Assembly: GCA_036277095.1 (NCBI GenBank)
Contig: DASUNP010000004.1
Span: 115,300 to 179,299 of the forward strand
DNA length: 64,000 bases
Source of the DNA: Blastocatellia bacterium
GTDB lineage: Bacteria > Acidobacteriota > Blastocatellia > UBA7656
Reading direction: 5' to 3'
The stretch's first letter is position 1, and each line of letters begins with the position of its first letter. Below the pieces are notes generated by a model. The model had not been told where the DNA came from. It saw only the letters and a program-made list of their open reading frames with translations, and did not search any database. This document shows, in pieces, positions 55,008 through 63,992 of this stretch. The translations under genes were made by a program, and so were the position numbers.

Positions 55008-56726
55008 ATGCCCGCAAAACTTTTGAGCAAGCTGCCTGTTCGCCGGTTGGGATTACCGCTGGCTGCCGAGTCGCTTGTAAGAAATATCTTATTGGTTGGC
55101 TTCTGCGTGCTGTTGCTGTTGGTCGTGGGGCTCGGCTACTGGAGCCGGGAGAGCTTCCTCCAGGTCGAAGATGAAATCGCCTTCATCAAACAGTCTGAAT
55201 CCAAGCACGTGCATACTGCTTTGAGTATCGAAGGGACCATAGGAAAGATGGCCGCAGAGGCCCGCGCGGCTGCTGACAGCGGGCAGAATCGGCTGCTGCG
55301 GTTTCCCGCTCAGCAGCGGCTCAAGCAGCTCAAGATTGAGATGGACGGCTATCTCGACGAAGGGCGAAGAAGCAGCATGGCCTCGACGCAGGAATGGCAA
55401 GAACTTGAGCAGGCTTTCCAGACCTACTGGAACACGATCAACTCGGATAAACCCGTCGACTGGTTTGAAGAGAGAAAACAGATCACGGACGCCGTAAACG
55501 AGCTTGAACGGTGGACGAGTGCAGAGCGCGAGGAGAATGATCGGAAGGCGCAAGCGCTCAGTCGCCTGGCGAGGAATAGGGTCCTCATGGCTACTTGGGC
55601 GGCTATAATCGTCGGGCTTGTCGTCGCGGGGCTGACTTTTTACGAGATAAGGAGAATACTCGCGCGGCTAGGCAATTCGTACAGAGAGAGCTCTGAAGCT
55701 CGCGACTATTTGCAATCGCTTTTCGACAGCCTAGTCTCAGGCGTTGTCGTCATCGGGCAGGAAGGCGGCGTCCAGTCAGTAAGCAGCTCTTTTCGAAACG
55801 TGATGGGGCTGGACGCGGACGAGGCGTTGAACGCGAGCTACGCGGAGGTGCTGGGGGACAAACATGCTTTGATCGAGGCAGTAGGCGAGTACCTCGAAAA
55901 CAAGCCATCGGGCAGCCGCTATTTCGGGCGTCACGAGATGGTTGAGTCAAGACTGTTCGATGTGTACGGCTCGCCACTTATGATCGCAGAAGAACAGCGC
56001 GGCCTGATACTCGTCTTCGTAGAGATGACCGAAGTCGAGCGAGCGCAATCCGAGCTGCGCCGCAACCGCGCGCTTTCTGCAGTCGGCCAGATGACAGCCC
56101 AGATCGCGCACGAGATAAAAAACCCGCTTGGCAGCATACGCTTTGCCACAGAGGTCTTAAAACGCAGAGGCGACCAGAGTCAGGAATCAAAAGACACGCT
56201 TGAAGTGATAGACCGCAGCGTCGATCACCTGGCGGCCATCGTCTCTGAGCTTTCAGAGTTCGCGCGGCCAAAGGAGCTTAACCGCACAGAGACGGACCTG
56301 AACAAGCTGCTCGACGATCTGATGCCGATGGTAGCCGACCGTCTCAGCGACAAGGAGATGCGGATCAGGAGAGAATACGCGGATGATCTGCCTAGCGCTT
56401 CATTCGACCCGACAGAGCTGAGAAAGCTCTTCTTGAATCTGATAATAAACGCTATAGATGCGAGCGAGCCGGGAAGCGAGATCGAGGTAAAGACGAGCGT
56501 CGCGGCGAGGGGGCTGGTTACAGTGGCCGTGACGGACCACGGGGCGGGGATGGACCCCGAGACGCGAAGGCGCGTCTTTGAGCCGTTCTACACGACCAAG
56601 CAGGCGGGCACGGGTCTTGGCATGGCCATAGCGAAAAAGATCGCCGAACTGCACAGGGGCGACCTGGGTGTGGCAAGCCGATTGGGCGAAGGGACTACTA
56701 TCACTGTGAGGCTTCCGGTAGAATAA
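55008..56726 (+). CDS. sensor histidine kinase (NtrB/AtoS-like; 2 TM, periplasmic/coiled region, PAS-like, HisKA, HATPase_c)
   Basis: H-box LSAVGQMTAQIAHEIKNPLGSI. N/G boxes NLIINAIDA ... DHGAGMD ... GTGLGMAIAKKI. Its ATG is 3 nt after the SbcC-like stop, and a GAAGGGG SD sits inside the upstream gene. Confidence 0.85.
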   Translation: MPAKLLSKLPVRRLGLPLAAESLVRNILLVGFCVLLLLVVGLGYWSRESFLQVEDEIAFIKQSESKHVHTALSIEGTIGKMAAEARAAADSGQNRLLRFPAQQRLKQLKIEMDGYLDEGRRSSMASTQEWQELEQAFQTYWNTINSDKPVDWFEERKQITDAVNELERWTSAEREENDRKAQALSRLARNRVLMATWAAIIVGLVVAGLTFYEIRRILARLGNSYRESSEARDYLQSLFDSLVSGVVVIGQEGGVQSVSSSFRNVMGLDADEALNASYAEVLGDKHALIEAVGEYLENKPSGSRYFGRHEMVESRLFDVYGSPLMIAEEQRGLILVFVEMTEVERAQSELRRNRALSAVGQMTAQIAHEIKNPLGSIRFATEVLKRRGDQSQESKDTLEVIDRSVDHLAAIVSELSEFARPKELNRTETDLNKLLDDLMPMVADRLSDKEMRIRREYADDLPSASFDPTELRKLFLNLIINAIDASEPGSEIEVKTSVAARGLVTVAVTDHGAGMDPETRRRVFEPFYTTKQAGTGLGMAIAKKIAELHRGDLGVASRLGEGTTITVRLPVE

Positions 56727-56822
56727 AGAGCGCGGACAACACCAGAGCCCTCTGGAACGTCACAAGAACTGGTAAAAGAGTGCCCCGGTCGCGTGGTTTG
56801 CAGGGTTTGGAGGGAAATCGCA

Positions 56823-58841
56823 ATGAATCTCAAGGTTTCGGTAAGGTTGACGGCTCTGGCAGCGGTCATGCTCATGGTCACAGGGTTAAGCGTAACGTCA
56901 TTTTCGCAGCAGAGCCGGCCCCGCTATAACCAGCGAACATATGGCGGTGGCGGGTGGACACTCCCTCCTGACACCATCATCAGCATGAGAATGGACCAGA
57001 CCTTAAGCTCGAAGAGTTCGCGGGTCGGAGACAGGTTTACCGCATCGGTGACGGAGCCGGTCCAGGCGAACGGCCGTGTAGTCATACCAGCGGGGACAAT
57101 CGTTGAGGGGCGTGTAACACAGGTGACGCCTGCAAAAAGAATGAGCAAGGCAGGGATGATCGCGATCGACTTTGATTCGATTACTATGCCTGACGGCAGA
57201 AGGGTTCCTCTGGTCGGGAGTCTCACATCGGACGATCCCGAAATCCGCCGAAGGATCGATGATGAGAATTCTGTTCGCGGGCCTAACAGTGATCGTAAGG
57301 CTGTATTTGTCGGCGGGGGTGGCACGCTAGGGGCCGTGCTCGGCGGGATCGCAGGCGGCGGAAAAGGCGCGGTTATAGGCGGTATCGCCGGTGCAGGCGT
57401 GGGCATAGCCGGAGTGCTCTTGTCGAAAGGCGAAGAGGCTGAGGTACGAGCGGGAACGCCTTTTGGGATACAACTGCGGCAGCCGCTTTCGATGCGCGGT
57501 GACCCGAACTATGACAATAGCCCCGGCGGTTATAGTTCTCGTGATAATAATTCACGTGATAACAATTCTCGCGCGGGTGAAACCAGGCCACGTCCGAACC
57601 GTGACCCCGGGCCTGATTATGACCGCCCAGGCCGGAGGGACTCAGAGCCTCGCAATTATCCTGATCGAAGACCTCAACCCGAACCTGAAGAGTCGGACCC
57701 GGATGATGTTCCCGTGGAGCCTGCGCGCGAGCCCGCGCGTGACCCGGAGCCGGTCAGGAGGACTGAATCGACCGCAAACCCTGAGCCGGCAGCCAGCGAC
57801 CCCGAGCCTGAGCCGGTGGCTGTAAACCTGCCGCTCTCATCGGCTGAGATGATCCGCCGCGCCCAGGTCGCTATGCGGCATCAAGGTTATTACGAGGGTC
57901 CGCTTGACGGCGTCATGACTCCGAGAACTTCGAACTCACTTAAGACCTATCAGCGCGAGAATAACCTTCCGCAGACGGGCGACCTCGACCCGACGACGGC
58001 AGACAAGCTTGGCATCACGAAGGCTACCCCCGCGAACGCGCGCAGAGAGACTCGTCCGCCGCAAAGCCAGCCGCGGCCTTCGGGCAGCGCAGGCGCGAGC
58101 GATCCGGCGACGGATGACAGAGTCGTCCTCGCAAATGTGCTTTCGGCGACAGCCAACCGCGTTGCGGACGGCTCACTCTACATATTGATAAACACGCAGG
58201 CAAACACGGGTGGGTGGCGATGGTTTGGCGAGCCGGTCGCTAACGGCGACACGCTTGAAGTCTACGCGCGCGCGGTCAAGCCAGACGGCATGGTTACGCA
58301 AGCTTTGACTCGCGGCAGGATTGAATTGAATGTAAAAGAGGGCGTTGATCTGGTGCGGCGAGTCGTAGTCCACGGCGCCGCAGGCAACATCACGATCCCG
58401 CTCGGCAGCACTACGCGACCGAGCGAGTCGAGCAGCAGCCGGGCGAGCGAACCGCAATCTTCGCCCGTGAGCAACATTCAGCGTCAAGCCGAGCAACTCT
58501 TATCCGATTACAAGCGCCAGATAGGCGTTCGGTCGTCGGGGTCGCGAACTGAGATCGATTCGCGATACGGAGAGCCTGAAATCGAATTGCTGTTGGCGCT
58601 TGAAAGTTTTGCCAACGCTGCGCGGCACTATAACAATCTGATCCCGGGGATACAAGACAGGCAATCTGCGCGCAGCGCGACGCTCTCGCTGGCGAGGGAG
58701 GCCAGAAAGACTGACCGCGTAATAACTACTACTTCAAGCTCATTAGCCGATTCGGTCAACAGGGGCTGGGACGGCATCAGGTTAGAGGTTTTAAAACTCA
58801 TCAAGGCCCACAACATCAGCTCGTCAGACCTGGATGATTAA
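56823..58841 (+). CDS. secreted multidomain protein: Gly-zipper module + Pro/Glu-rich linker + putative peptidoglycan-binding domain + uncharacterised C-terminal domain
   Basis: Signal peptide MNLKVSVRLTALAAVMLMVTGLSVTSFSQQ. Module GDRFTASVTEPVQANGRVVIPAGTIVEGRVTQVTPA plus GGGGTLGAVLGGIAGGGKGAVIGGIAGAGVGIAGVLL, paralogous to 42098-42814. PG_binding_1-like segment MIRRAQVAMRHQGYYEGPLDGVMTPRTSNSLKTYQRENNLPQTGDLD. Confidence 0.65.
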   Translation: MNLKVSVRLTALAAVMLMVTGLSVTSFSQQSRPRYNQRTYGGGGWTLPPDTIISMRMDQTLSSKSSRVGDRFTASVTEPVQANGRVVIPAGTIVEGRVTQVTPAKRMSKAGMIAIDFDSITMPDGRRVPLVGSLTSDDPEIRRRIDDENSVRGPNSDRKAVFVGGGGTLGAVLGGIAGGGKGAVIGGIAGAGVGIAGVLLSKGEEAEVRAGTPFGIQLRQPLSMRGDPNYDNSPGGYSSRDNNSRDNNSRAGETRPRPNRDPGPDYDRPGRRDSEPRNYPDRRPQPEPEESDPDDVPVEPAREPARDPEPVRRTESTANPEPAASDPEPEPVAVNLPLSSAEMIRRAQVAMRHQGYYEGPLDGVMTPRTSNSLKTYQRENNLPQTGDLDPTTADKLGITKATPANARRETRPPQSQPRPSGSAGASDPATDDRVVLANVLSATANRVADGSLYILINTQANTGGWRWFGEPVANGDTLEVYARAVKPDGMVTQALTRGRIELNVKEGVDLVRRVVVHGAAGNITIPLGSTTRPSESSSSRASEPQSSPVSNIQRQAEQLLSDYKRQIGVRSSGSRTEIDSRYGEPEIELLLALESFANAARHYNNLIPGIQDRQSARSATLSLAREARKTDRVITTTSSSLADSVNRGWDGIRLEVLKLIKAHNISSSDLDD

Positions 58842-58847
58842 AGAGAC

Positions 58848-58884
58848 GGGGCGCGGCGATTGGAAATGGTTCGCCGCGCCTTCA
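58848..58884 (+). terminator. GC-rich stem-loop (10-bp perfect stem) after the Gly-zipper/PG-binding gene
   Basis: GGCGCGGCGA-uuggaaaugguu-UCGCCGCGCC directly after the stop at 58841. The U-tract is weak (uucaucucuc). Confidence 0.45.
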
Positions 58885-58939
58885 TCTCTCGCACTGCTTC
58901 CCACATCACGCCACTTAAAATATAATTAACCGGGATATT

Positions 58940-59425
58940 ATGAAGCGAATAACTATCGTGTGTGATGGAAGCTCGCTCGGCAATGGTCAGCAAGTGTCGA
59001 GGGCAGGGGCCGTGGCGGTCCTCATTTATGTCAACGGGGAAGGGAAGGCGCAACATAAGGTCGTAGGGGAATACCTGGGACACGCGACGAATAATCAGGC
59101 GGAGATCGTGGCGGCAGCCATAGGGCTTGAGGCGCTCAAAGAGCCTTGCGATGTTCAAGTGATAAGCGACTCGCGGTATGTTATCGAAACTCGAAACGGT
59201 AACTTTCGCGAGAAGACCAATCATGCTTTTTGGAAGCGGCTTCGCGACGCGGCCAGCCCTCACAGAGTTAGCTGGACCTGGACGAGAGGCCATAGCGGCC
59301 ATCCAGTTCAAGAGCTTTGCGACAAGGCCGCAAAGAAGATCGCCGCGCTAGGCCACACTGACGAATCTGTTTTAGACGAAACGCTCGCCCAGGTTTTCAT
59401 CGCCGCCCGGCAGGCCTCTTTGTAA
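58940..59425 (+). CDS. rnhA: ribonuclease HI
   Basis: RNase H fold with catalytic residues in VCDGSSLGN (D), NNQAEI (E), ISDSRYV (D) and HSGH..N..D. Confidence 0.85.
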   Translation: MKRITIVCDGSSLGNGQQVSRAGAVAVLIYVNGEGKAQHKVVGEYLGHATNNQAEIVAAAIGLEALKEPCDVQVISDSRYVIETRNGNFREKTNHAFWKRLRDAASPHRVSWTWTRGHSGHPVQELCDKAAKKIAALGHTDESVLDETLAQVFIAARQASL

Positions 59426-59428
59426 GCT

Positions 59429-60241
59429 ATGAGACTCTTCAGAAAATCAAAGAATGTCATCGCCGTCGTAAAGATCGAAGGCATTATTGCGGACAGCGAT
59501 TTTTTCGCAGGGGGTCGCGCCAAGGTCATAGCCTCGCTGAAAGAGGCTGAGCGTAAAAGGGCGCGGGCCGTCGTCTTGCGCGTCAACAGTCCGGGCGGGA
59601 GCGTGGCGGCTTGCCAGGAGATATTCTCTGCGATCGCAAGGCTGAAAGCGAAGGGCATCCCGATAGTGGCCTCGATGGGCGATGTGGCGGCTTCCGGAGG
59701 CGTCTATGTTTCGATGATCGCCAATGAGGTTATAGCCAATGCCGGGACCGTTACTGGGTCGATTGGGGTGATAATACGAGGCAACGATCTGAGTCACCTC
59801 TACGACAAGCTTGGCGTTTCGCCAAAGGTTGTGAAGTCGGGACCTCACAAGGACATGCTGGCGACCTACCGCTCGTTTTCAAAAGACGAAGAGTCGCTTT
59901 TGCAGGATGTCATAAATGATACCCATTCCCAGTTCGTCGAAGCAGTGGCCAGTTCGCGCAACAGGCCGCGCGAGGATGTCGAACGGATCGCGGACGGGAG
60001 AATAATGACCGGCAGGCAGGCTCTCGAAGCAGGGTTGGTGGATCGGCTCGGTGATCTTGATCTGGCAGTGGAACGGGCTACCTCACTGGCGGGGATCACC
60101 GTTAAACCTGAAGTCCTCTCGATCCACCCGCGAAAGAGCCTCTTGCAACGCCTGCTCGGCCCCTTTGGTAAGCTCGGCCAGCAGGCCTCGCTCGGCGGAA
60201 GTCTTTCGGGAATACCTTTATGGCTGCTGCCGACGTTCTAA
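59429..60241 (+). CDS. sppA: signal peptide peptidase SppA (36K type)
   Basis: ClpP/crotonase-fold S49 peptidase: VLRVNSPGGSVAA ... catalytic Ser in MGDVAASGGVY ... Lys in KVVKSGPHKD. Confidence 0.85.
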   Translation: MRLFRKSKNVIAVVKIEGIIADSDFFAGGRAKVIASLKEAERKRARAVVLRVNSPGGSVAACQEIFSAIARLKAKGIPIVASMGDVAASGGVYVSMIANEVIANAGTVTGSIGVIIRGNDLSHLYDKLGVSPKVVKSGPHKDMLATYRSFSKDEESLLQDVINDTHSQFVEAVASSRNRPREDVERIADGRIMTGRQALEAGLVDRLGDLDLAVERATSLAGITVKPEVLSIHPRKSLLQRLLGPFGKLGQQASLGGSLSGIPLWLLPTF

Positions 60242-60274
60242 GATTCATTCTCGAAATATCTTATTAATCCTCGA

Positions 60275-61597
60275 TTGCGAATCTCCATGAAGAATCTTAA
60301 AGAAGAAGCCGAACAAATCTTCTTTGCTACATTAAATGCCCTGGATCTAAAGCTGCTTGTTAATAAAAATCTCAAGCTTGAGGACAACACTCTTCATCTG
60401 AAAGATGAAGAGATAAAGTTGAAAGATTATAGAGATCTTTTTTTAATCGGCTTTGGGAAAGCGAGCCTCACCATAGCGGCTGCGGTAGAAGGCCTGCTAG
60501 GCGAGAGAATAACGAGATCGCTTCTCGTATCAGATGCGCCGCACGAGTTAAAGCTAAAATCTGAAATCATAATCGCGGGCCATCCCTTGCCCGATCAAAA
60601 TAGTTTGCTTGCGGGAAAAAGAATCCTTGAGCTGGTTCAAGCAGCACCGCCGGATTCTCTGATAATCTTCATCGTAACGGGCGGCGGCTCCGCGCTCGTC
60701 GAACAGCCGATTTCACACGACGTGACGCTTGAAGACTTGAGAGAGCTGAACCGGTTGCTGGTCAACAGCGGCGCAACGATCCGCGAGATCAACGTTGTTC
60801 GAAAACACCTGTCACAGATCAAAGGCGGGCGGCTCGGTTACCTCGCTCGCAATAACTCAAGCATCAGGCTCTTCCTGTCTGACGTGAATCCGGGTGACTT
60901 GCGATCTATCGCTTCAAACCCTCTACTTCCCGATGAAGTCGAACTCGATGATTTCTTTGACATTCTTGAGCGATACAAGCTGGCTGATAGACTACCTCGC
61001 TCAATACTTGAGATCATCCGGAAAGGTGAGATTGGCGAGCTTCCAAGAGAGTGGGCCTACGAGAAAAAAAGCATAAACCTATTGCTGGCAGACAATCACG
61101 ACGCGATCAGGCTGGCAGCGGAGATCGCTCGGCGGAAGGGCTTTCACGTTGAAACTGATTTGCGATTCTCCGAGGGCGATTATAAGGCGGTGAGCATGGA
61201 ATTGATTAAGACACTGCTGGCGCTGAAAGAGCGTTTCCCCGACGAGCCTGTCTGCCTGGTCTCGGGCGGCGAAGTCTCTTGCCCTGTCAAGGGCGATGGA
61301 GTTGGCGGCCGCAACCAGGAATTCGTTCTTTATACGGCTATCGAGCTATCAAGAATTGACGACTTTGAGGCGTGCGCGCTCTCTTGCGGGACAGATGGCG
61401 TAGACGGCAACAGCCCTGCGACTGGGGCAGTTGCCGATGCTGAGACAATAAGGCTGGCCCTGCGACTAGGTTTAGACCCGGTCGTTTTCCTCGAACGAAA
61501 CGATTCACACTCTTTTTTTGAGCTTGTTGGGGGGGCTGTCTACACTGGACCGACGGGAAATAATGTTCGCGACCTCAGGCTCCTCATCGCTTCGTGA
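60275..61597 (+). CDS. glycerate 2-kinase (MOFRL family, GckA/TtuD-like)
   Basis: DUF4147/MOFRL architecture: FLIGFGKAS ... IIFIVTGGGSALVEQP ... CLVSGGEVSCPVKGDGVGGRNQEFVL. Confidence 0.8.
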   Translation: MRISMKNLKEEAEQIFFATLNALDLKLLVNKNLKLEDNTLHLKDEEIKLKDYRDLFLIGFGKASLTIAAAVEGLLGERITRSLLVSDAPHELKLKSEIIIAGHPLPDQNSLLAGKRILELVQAAPPDSLIIFIVTGGGSALVEQPISHDVTLEDLRELNRLLVNSGATIREINVVRKHLSQIKGGRLGYLARNNSSIRLFLSDVNPGDLRSIASNPLLPDEVELDDFFDILERYKLADRLPRSILEIIRKGEIGELPREWAYEKKSINLLLADNHDAIRLAAEIARRKGFHVETDLRFSEGDYKAVSMELIKTLLALKERFPDEPVCLVSGGEVSCPVKGDGVGGRNQEFVLYTAIELSRIDDFEACALSCGTDGVDGNSPATGAVADAETIRLALRLGLDPVVFLERNDSHSFFELVGGAVYTGPTGNNVRDLRLLIAS

Positions 61598-61638
61598 CAA
61601 TTGATCTATGACAATCATTATGTGATAAATGGTGAGAT

Positions 61639-63042
61639 ATGGAAAACGTTGTGCTGATAGTCGACGACGAGCCGGCCGCGCGATACGGGATGAGGCGGGC
61701 GCTCGAAAAGGAAGGGCATAGGATATTTGAAGCCGACAGCGTCGCTTCTGCCGAACAGGTAGTCGATAGCCAATCGCCAAGCGTCATACTTCTGGACGTA
61801 AAGTTAGCCTCAGAATCGGGGCTTGATTACCTGCCCGAGTTGGTCGCGCGAAAGGAGGCGCCGGTCGTCATCATAGTCACAGCGCATGGCTCGGAGCGGC
61901 TCGCCGTTGAGGCGATTAAGAAGGGCGCTTTTGATTACCTCGCCAAGCCTTTTGACGTCGATGAGCTGCGGATACTTGTAAGAAACGCGCTCGGCGCTTA
62001 CAGGCTCAGGACTGAGAACGAGCAGCTTCGTAATGAGCTGTCGGGAACCGAGACCTATGGTCAGTTGATAGGCTCATCACCGGCCATGTCGAGGGTCTAT
62101 TCACTCATCGAAAAGATTTCGCAGACGGACGTGAGCGTGCTGATAATGGGCGAATCAGGCACGGGCAAAGAGATGGTCGCCAGGGAGATTCACGCGCGCA
62201 GCAGGGCGGGAGCTGGCCCTTTTGTTGCGCTCAATTGCGCCGCGATGCCGGAGGAATTGATCGAGTCCGAGCTATTCGGTCACGAGAAAGGGGCCTTTAC
62301 CGGCGCGACGGGGAAGAGAATTGGCAAGTTTGAGGCAGCCAACAAAGGGACTCTCTTTTTGGATGAGATCGGCGATATGAGCCTCTCGACACAGGCAAAG
62401 GTTCTGCGTGTGATTGAGGAAAAGAAGTTCCAGCGGCTGGGTAGCAATGAGCTTCTTTCGACCGACGTTCGGATTATTAGCGCGACCAACAAGAATCTGG
62501 AAAAAGAGGTCGAGCAGCAACGATTCAGGGAAGATTTATTCTACCGTCTAGCGGTCGTCTCCCTGACCCTTCCGCCACTCAGGGAACGAAAGACCGACAT
62601 ACCGGCGCTTGCCCAGTCATTCTGCGACAGATATTCGGTGGCTTATAGAACAGGCCCTTTAAGGATCTCAAAACCAGCCCTTAAAGTAATGCTTGAGCAT
62701 GGCTGGCCAGGCAACGTTAGACAACTTCGTAATGTAATTGAGCGATCTGTAGTTCTTACTGAAGGTGAAGAAATTACATTAGATGTATTGCCTCAAGAAT
62801 TAACGGCTAAACAATTCCAGGAAGAGGTGATAGCAGATCTCTCAGGCGGGATAAATATACCCCTCTCGTTAAACTTTAAGGATGCAAAAAGAGAGTTTGA
62901 GCGAAAATACATCGAACGGTGTTTAGAAAGCACATCCGGGAACATCACGCAGGCGGCATCCATGCTTGGTATGCACCGTCAAAGCCTTCAGCATAAGATT
63001 AAAGAGCTTGGGCTGACCAAACGCTTTATTTCGACAGACTAA
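61639..63042 (+). CDS. sigma-54-dependent two-component response regulator (NtrC/AtoC family bEBP)
   Basis: Receiver domain (VLIVDDEP, D in LLDVKL). AAA+ sigma-54 activation domain with Walker A GESGTGKE, the GAFTGA motif and an arginine finger. C-terminal Fis-type HTH. Confidence 0.9.
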   Translation: MENVVLIVDDEPAARYGMRRALEKEGHRIFEADSVASAEQVVDSQSPSVILLDVKLASESGLDYLPELVARKEAPVVIIVTAHGSERLAVEAIKKGAFDYLAKPFDVDELRILVRNALGAYRLRTENEQLRNELSGTETYGQLIGSSPAMSRVYSLIEKISQTDVSVLIMGESGTGKEMVAREIHARSRAGAGPFVALNCAAMPEELIESELFGHEKGAFTGATGKRIGKFEAANKGTLFLDEIGDMSLSTQAKVLRVIEEKKFQRLGSNELLSTDVRIISATNKNLEKEVEQQRFREDLFYRLAVVSLTLPPLRERKTDIPALAQSFCDRYSVAYRTGPLRISKPALKVMLEHGWPGNVRQLRNVIERSVVLTEGEEITLDVLPQELTAKQFQEEVIADLSGGINIPLSLNFKDAKREFERKYIERCLESTSGNITQAASMLGMHRQSLQHKIKELGLTKRFISTD

Positions 63043-63051
63043 TTCGCCGCA

Positions 63052-63483
63052 CTAGAATGGGATATCATCGTCAGTTATAGGCTCGGGCGCGTCCTCTTGC
63101 GTTGATGGTCTTGCCGGGCTACGCTCCTCGCGGAAGCCGGAGCTTTCTTCACCTCTCGACCCTACGAACTGCACTTCCGTGCAATTGACATCCAGGCTTG
63201 TCCGCGTATTGCCGTCCCTGTCCTGGTATTCGCGTTGGTTGAGGCGGCCTTCCAGGTAGACAAGCTTCCCTTTTGTGAGGTACTGGTGAATGCTCTCAGC
63301 ACGCTTTCCCCAATAGCTCACGCGAAACCAGGTCGTGTGGTCTTGGAATTCGCCGGATTTATCTTTACGGCGCTCCGTTGTGGCTATTGAGAAATCACAC
63401 ACAGGGGTACCCTGGGGGGTATAGCGCAGTTCAGCATCGCGACCCAGGTATCCAACCATGATTATCTTGTTAAACGACGCCAT
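63052..63483 (-). CDS. ssb: single-stranded DNA-binding protein
   Basis: OB-fold N-terminus MASFNKIIMVGYLGRDAELRYTPQGTPVCDFSIA..., Gly/acidic tail ending DDDIPF. Confidence 0.9.
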   Translation of the reverse strand: MASFNKIIMVGYLGRDAELRYTPQGTPVCDFSIATTERRKDKSGEFQDHTTWFRVSYWGKRAESIHQYLTKGKLVYLEGRLNQREYQDRDGNTRTSLDVNCTEVQFVGSRGEESSGFREERSPARPSTQEDAPEPITDDDIPF

Positions 63484-63548
63484 TCTGCCTCCTTATTCTG
63501 ATTCAGAATATCTAGCTGGGGATGAGTGCACTCAGTTACCTTAATTGC

Positions 63549-63992
63549 CTACATCTTGTAATCGCTGGCATCATCGATAATGTCTTCGGGCCAATCGTCA
63601 TCTTCTTCCGCTGGCTCTTCGGTAATAGTCGTGCTCGAATTGTTTATCACTTCTTGATTGACGTAGATTGGGCAGTCGACTCTGAGGGCGAGGGCAATGG
63701 CGTCGCTGGGCCGGGAATCCACGACCAGCATCTCACCGTCCTTGTGCATCTCGATGACCGCAAAAAAAGTGTTATCAATCAGGTCCGTAATGACTATCCG
63801 CCTGACGGTCGCCCCCAGTTCCCATATTATGTTTTTGATCAGGTCGTGCGTCATGGGCCTTTGCGTGGCGAGTTTTTCTATCTCAACTGCTATCGCGTTT
63901 GCTTCAAAGGCGCCGACCCATATCGGTAGCATCGCGTCGCCGTTGATGTCTTTGAGGATAATAATCGGTGTGTTGGCCGCCGGGTCCATCAT
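63549..63992 (-). CDS. bifunctional nuclease family protein (DUF151/BFN domain)
   Basis: Conserved BFN core: DAMLPIWVGAFEANAI ... THDL ... DSRPSDAIALALR. Acidic C-terminal tail. Confidence 0.7.
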   Translation of the reverse strand: MMDPAANTPIIILKDINGDAMLPIWVGAFEANAIAVEIEKLATQRPMTHDLIKNIIWELGATVRRIVITDLIDNTFFAVIEMHKDGEMLVVDSRPSDAIALALRVDCPIYVNQEVINNSSTTITEEPAEEDDDWPEDIIDDASDYKM

